DNA of 64,000 nucleotides from Macrostomum hystrix (taxonomy: Eukaryota > Animalia > Platyhelminthes): contig CATNEN010000001.1 of assembly GCA_950097015.1 (NCBI GenBank), forward strand, positions 2,728,001 through 2,792,000, written 5' to 3'. Within the stretch, counting starts at the first letter, position 1. Each line of letters opens with the position of its first letter. Below the pieces are notes generated by a model, which was not told the DNA's origin, searched no databases, and saw only the letters and a program-made list of their open reading frames with translations. Below are positions 59,901 through 64,000 of the stretch, piece by piece. The position numbers were made by a program, and so were the translations under genes.

Positions 59901-62868
59901 GCATGGAGAACGGCAAGTGCAGCAAGAGCTTCCCGAAGGACTTCCAGCCGGTGACGCTGACGAGCGACAGTGGCTATCCGTTCTACAGGAGGCGCTCCCC
60001 TGAGATGGGAGGCTTCACGGTGGACAAACTGTTCAAGGGTCGCAGCATCCGAATGGACAACAGGTGAGTCAGTAGCTGCGTGGCCATAGTGTTTCTGTGC
60101 TCTGCAAGCCGCTTCTTCCGTCCAATCACCAGGTGGGTGGTGCCATACAACCCTGACCTGCTGCTCCAGTTCGCGTGCCATTTGAACGTTGAAGTTTGCG
60201 CCACTGTCAAGTCTGTGAAGTACGTGATCAAGTACTTGATGAAGAATGGCGACATGGCTGTTTTCAAAGTCGCCGCCACCGCAGGAGCTGCTGAATCTCA
60301 GCCGAGTGCTCCTCCTGAGAGGCAGGCGAAGTCACGGGATGAAATCTCCGAGTACCTGTCTGCACGCTACATTGGTCCGATGGAAGCTGTAAACACCATC
60401 CTGGCCTTTGAGGTAATTGCTCTGCTGTGATGTAGCTGTGATTTTAGCACTGCATTTAGTCTTGGCGGTCACTCTGATGCTCAAAAAATATACTCACCTT
60501 TGCCCAGGTGCACAACAGGTTTCCGGCGGTCATCCGACTTTGCGTGCACAAGACGGAAGAGCAGCTTGTGTACTTCAACGAGCAGACCGCGGGCGCCAGA
60601 GCAAAGGTGCCACGAGACTCGACACTGACGGCCTTCTTCAAGCTGTGCCGCACTGACGAGTTTGCCCGCCTGCTGCTCTACACAGAGGTGCCCGGCTACT
60701 TCGTGTGGCACCCGAGTGCGAGAGAGTGGCGTCGAGCCAAGCAGGGCGCCAATGTCGAAGGACATCCCGGCGTGAAGCGCAACACCAACATTGCGCGGAT
60801 GTACACGGTCAGTCCCAGGGCTGGTGACCTGTACTACCTGCGGCTGTTGCTGCTGCACGTGCGAGGACCGACCAGCTTCGAGTCGCTGCAGACCGTGGCC
60901 GGCGTGCTTTGTGCCAGCGCCAAGGCCGCCTGCATGGCTCTCGGCTTGCTGCAGCGCGATGATCACTGGCATCGCTGCATGATTGAGGCTGTCCAGAGCC
61001 GAATGCCGCGAGCTCTGAGGCACCTGCTGGCTGTCGTCCTCATCTGGGGCGAGCCAGACGACGGCGCTGATCTGTGGAGCAGCTTTGCAGAGGATCTCTG
61101 CGAAGACCTGCGCTTCCACCACCCGGACCTGAGCGCCGAGGAAGTCAGTGACCTGGCTCTGCGGGAGCTGCAGAGCATGCTGACGTCAATGGGCGGCCGC
61201 AGTCTGCAAGAGTACGGACTGCCTGCTGCCTCTGCAATGCCGCAAGTCGGGCCGCTGCAGTTTGACACGGTCGAACAGGCGGAGATCACCGAGATGCGGC
61301 TGCCAATGCTCACGGCCGAGCAGATGGCCACCTACGAGGCTGTGACTGCGGATCTTGTCGCTGGCTCGGGCGGCCTGCATTTCCTTGACGCTCCTGCAGG
61401 CACTGGCAAGACCTTCCTGCTGGAGGTTTTGCTGGCGTTTGTGCGGAGTCGAGGGGAAGTCGCCCTGGCTGTTGCGTCGTCTGGAATCGCAGCCACCCTG
61501 CTGCCGGGTGGACAGACGGCACATTCAACGTGAGTTTTCTGGTGGAACTCGAATGCCTTTTTCGTGTTCTACCCAGACCATTCAGTCCCCATCAATATTT
61601 TTGTTAGGTTCAAGATCCCAGTGCGGCTGGTTCGCTCTGACAAGGACGTGTGTTCTATCCGAGCGCAGTCTAAACAGGCCGCAGTCTTTCGCACTGTGCG
61701 GCTGATCGTATGGGACGAGATCTCCATGACAAACCGCAAGGACCTGGAGGCTGTCGACCGCAGTCTGCGAGACCTGCGGAAGCAGGACTGCCCATTCGGC
61801 GGAATCGTCGTGGTGTGCTCTGGAGACTTTCGCCAGCTGCTGCCGGTGGTGAAAAATGGCACGCGCGCTAACAACATCCTGGCGTGTGTTAGCAAGTCCC
61901 CGCTGTGGTCTTTGTTCCAGAGGCACCGCCTGTCCAAGAACATCCGGCTGCAGAGTTGTGCTGATGCTGAGCTGTACCATCGCTATATGCAGCTGCTCAT
62001 GCAGGTAAGTTTTGCTATTGCTGCTTGTAGGAGTAGATCACCTGTGTAGCCTACGATTCTCTTGCATTTTCCTGCCCATTCCACACAGATCGGCTCTGGG
62101 TTGGCTGATCAGTCGGACGACACCGTCCGCGTTCCTGCCGAGATTGTCATTTCGGCGGAGGCGCCGCTTTCCGAGCTGATCCAGTTCGTGTACCCTTCGT
62201 TCGAGGCGTCAGAGGAGCGCGATAGGTACTTTGCCAGCCGAGCCATCCTGGCGCCCTACAACGATGCGGTTGACGCGATCAACAACGAGTGCCTGGCCAT
62301 GTTCCCAGGCCAACTGCGCGAGTATCGCTCAGTGGACAGCGTGGCTGACGAGGATGCGGCCACGCACTTTCCTCCGGAGCTGCTGAATCAGCTGGATGCA
62401 CCGAATTTCCCTGCCCACCTTCTGAAGCTCAAGGTGGGCATGCCGCTGGTTCTGCTGCGGAATCTGAATCCGCCACGGCTGTGCAACGGCACCCGGCTGA
62501 TCATCCTGGAGCTGGGCGAGAATGTGCTGCGCTGCAAAGTCGCTGCCGGCCAGTTCACTGGAGATGAAATCCTGCTGCCGCGGATTCCTCTACAGCCCAA
62601 CAATGCTGACCTGCCAGTCTGCTTCAGGCGGCTGCAGTTCCCGGTGAAGCCCAGCTTTTGCCTGACGATTCACAAGTGTCAGGGGCAGAGCCTGGAGACA
62701 GTCGGCATCGACCTGGCGGTTGGATGCTTTGCGCACGGCCAGTTATATACTGCGCTGTCTCGAGCGAAAAATGTAGCAAACGTCCGGGTCCGGTTGTCTG
62801 GAACCACGACCAGGAACGTTGTCTACCCAGAGGTGCTCACAGGAGAATATATTCGGTTTGAATCTTAA
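57000..62868 (+). CDS. Helitron RepHel gene, 8 exons: STPR-like repeats, OTU protease, Zn finger, HUH Rep, PIF1 helicase; one frameshift
   Basis: Exons 57000-57409, 57582-58765, 58873-59642, 59721-60063, 60133-60412, 60508-61529, 61608-62004 and 62089-62868, all GT-AG and in phase. OTU GDGNCFF...HY; CNDC..CC; Rep FVTATCNPKW, EYQKRGLPHVH, KYVIKY; helicase APAGTGKT, IVWDE, GDFRQLLPV, TIHKCQGQS, HGQLYTALSR. A 23-bp duplication at 58130-58175 shifts the frame. Confidence 0.93.
57055..57375 (+). repeat. 66-bp coding tandem repeat (EAETEAEWAARLEEQRQRDAQRR-type, STPR-like)
   Basis: About five 22-aa units in RepHel exon 1. Confidence 0.9.
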
Positions 62869-64000
62869 TGACAATTTTATTGTACAAAGGACCGAAAAGA
62901 ACGTTTTGAATGCACCTCGTTTTATTAAAGTCACATTGAGTCTCAGTGAAGTATTTTTGCCCGGATGATTCACTGAGTAAATCCTACTATTTAAGGGTAG
63001 GTCGCTGCAAATCAGATTATGGGCTGACAGAGAGTCTGTGAACTGTACATATCAGCTGCTTTATGTACTGCTGGAGGTTCCAAACTCTGATAAATGGGAT
63101 TTGCAGCTGGCGAGCTCTGAAGCAGCTATTATGCAGAGCTGGTGAAAGTGACTTTGTGTGTAATGGTGTCTGCATGAATGTCCCATTGCATATACCCAAT
63201 GCATGCAACTATCGCAGTGAAGCGAGTCAGGCAGTAGTCAGAATGACTTGAGTTATCAGTGCCTCTGTTGCACCAGTCTCTGGCTACTGCTTGATGGTTT
63301 TACCTGCTTAATCGACAGTTCCTACTGCCCCATAACTGCTTTTTAAGTGCAATTATTACATGTTATTTTTTAAATAAAAAATATAATTGATTATAGTGCA
63401 AGGTAGCCATAATAACATTTTGTAGTCCCTCTTGCAGCAAGGGCAGATGGTTGCATTATTTTAATTATTTTAAAGATTCCTGTTTTCCTAACTTTTTGGT
63501 GCATTGAAATAAATAAAAGTGTATAAAATTAATTCCGGGTTCAGTTTGAAACTTATTGCATGCTTATTTATATAAATTAAATCAATGTTCATAATTAGGA
63601 AAAGAAAATCTTTGACTAGCAAACAGAGAATGTAAAACAAAAAAAGCACTGTCAGTTGGGCAGACGCTTCAGCAAAGTGCATTACATATCGTCGGGTATA
63701 CATTGCATTGTAAGCCAGATTGAAGGCTACTTTGTTTGCCAGTTGACACCAACAATTGTCAAGCATTTTGCATATGGAAGAGGAATAAAATGGTTCTATT
63801 CAGCAAAAGTGATTACTTACTTGCAGAACATTACATGTATAAAGGGGAAAGGTTGCGCGCAAAAAAGGGGAATATTACCGTGCTTATTTGGTGTGGCATG
63901 GCAAAGACGCAACAATTTAAAACATAAGCATACAAAATACACCAGTGTCTGATATTCAGGCGTCATAAAGACTTTCAAAATAGTATCTGAACATTGAAGC

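Larger units (their letters stand above)
50750..64000 (+). mobile_element. Coding Helitron, copy C (5' end clipped by about 20 bp; 3' end probably beyond the window)
   Basis: The family 5' head resumes right after the CTAG of copy B and shares an internal segment with copy D. RepHel lies downstream on the same strand with no intervening hairpin-CTAG. Continuity from head to gene is inferred. Confidence 0.65.

Noticed and set aside
63616-63619. CTAG as the Helitron 3' end
   Set aside because: No family GC hairpin upstream, and repeat X does not resume after it.

Overview
Eukaryotic (invertebrate metazoan) DNA made almost entirely of nested transposable elements and satellites, with one clear host gene: a minimal, intronless HES/E(spl)-type bHLH-WRPW repressor (5165-5512, minus). 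In order: mariner remnants and minisatellites; a Mag-type Ty3/Gypsy LTR element (5862-10328); three diverged copies of an ORF-less ~1.9-2 kb repeat ('repeat X'). Copy 2 of repeat X is split by an RNase H-bearing LINE (itself interrupted by a mariner with an intact ORF) and by a CCC...GGG EnSpm/CACTA-like transposon. Next come a 5'-deleted Gypsy element with a 78-bp Cys repeat between RNase H and integrase and an extra 3' ORF, and a head-to-tail Helitron array (40912 to beyond 64000). The array has two non-autonomous satellite-filled copies and a coding copy with an 8-exon STPR-like/OTU/Rep/PIF1 gene. The most striking object is a 4049-bp miniature Polinton/Maverick (51941-55989) with AGTAGT...ACTACT ends, a 6-bp TSD, a truncated pPolB and an intact orphan ORF, nested in a satellite inside the coding Helitron. 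All calls come from reading the sequence by eye; no searches were run. Some frameshifts and stops could be assembly errors.
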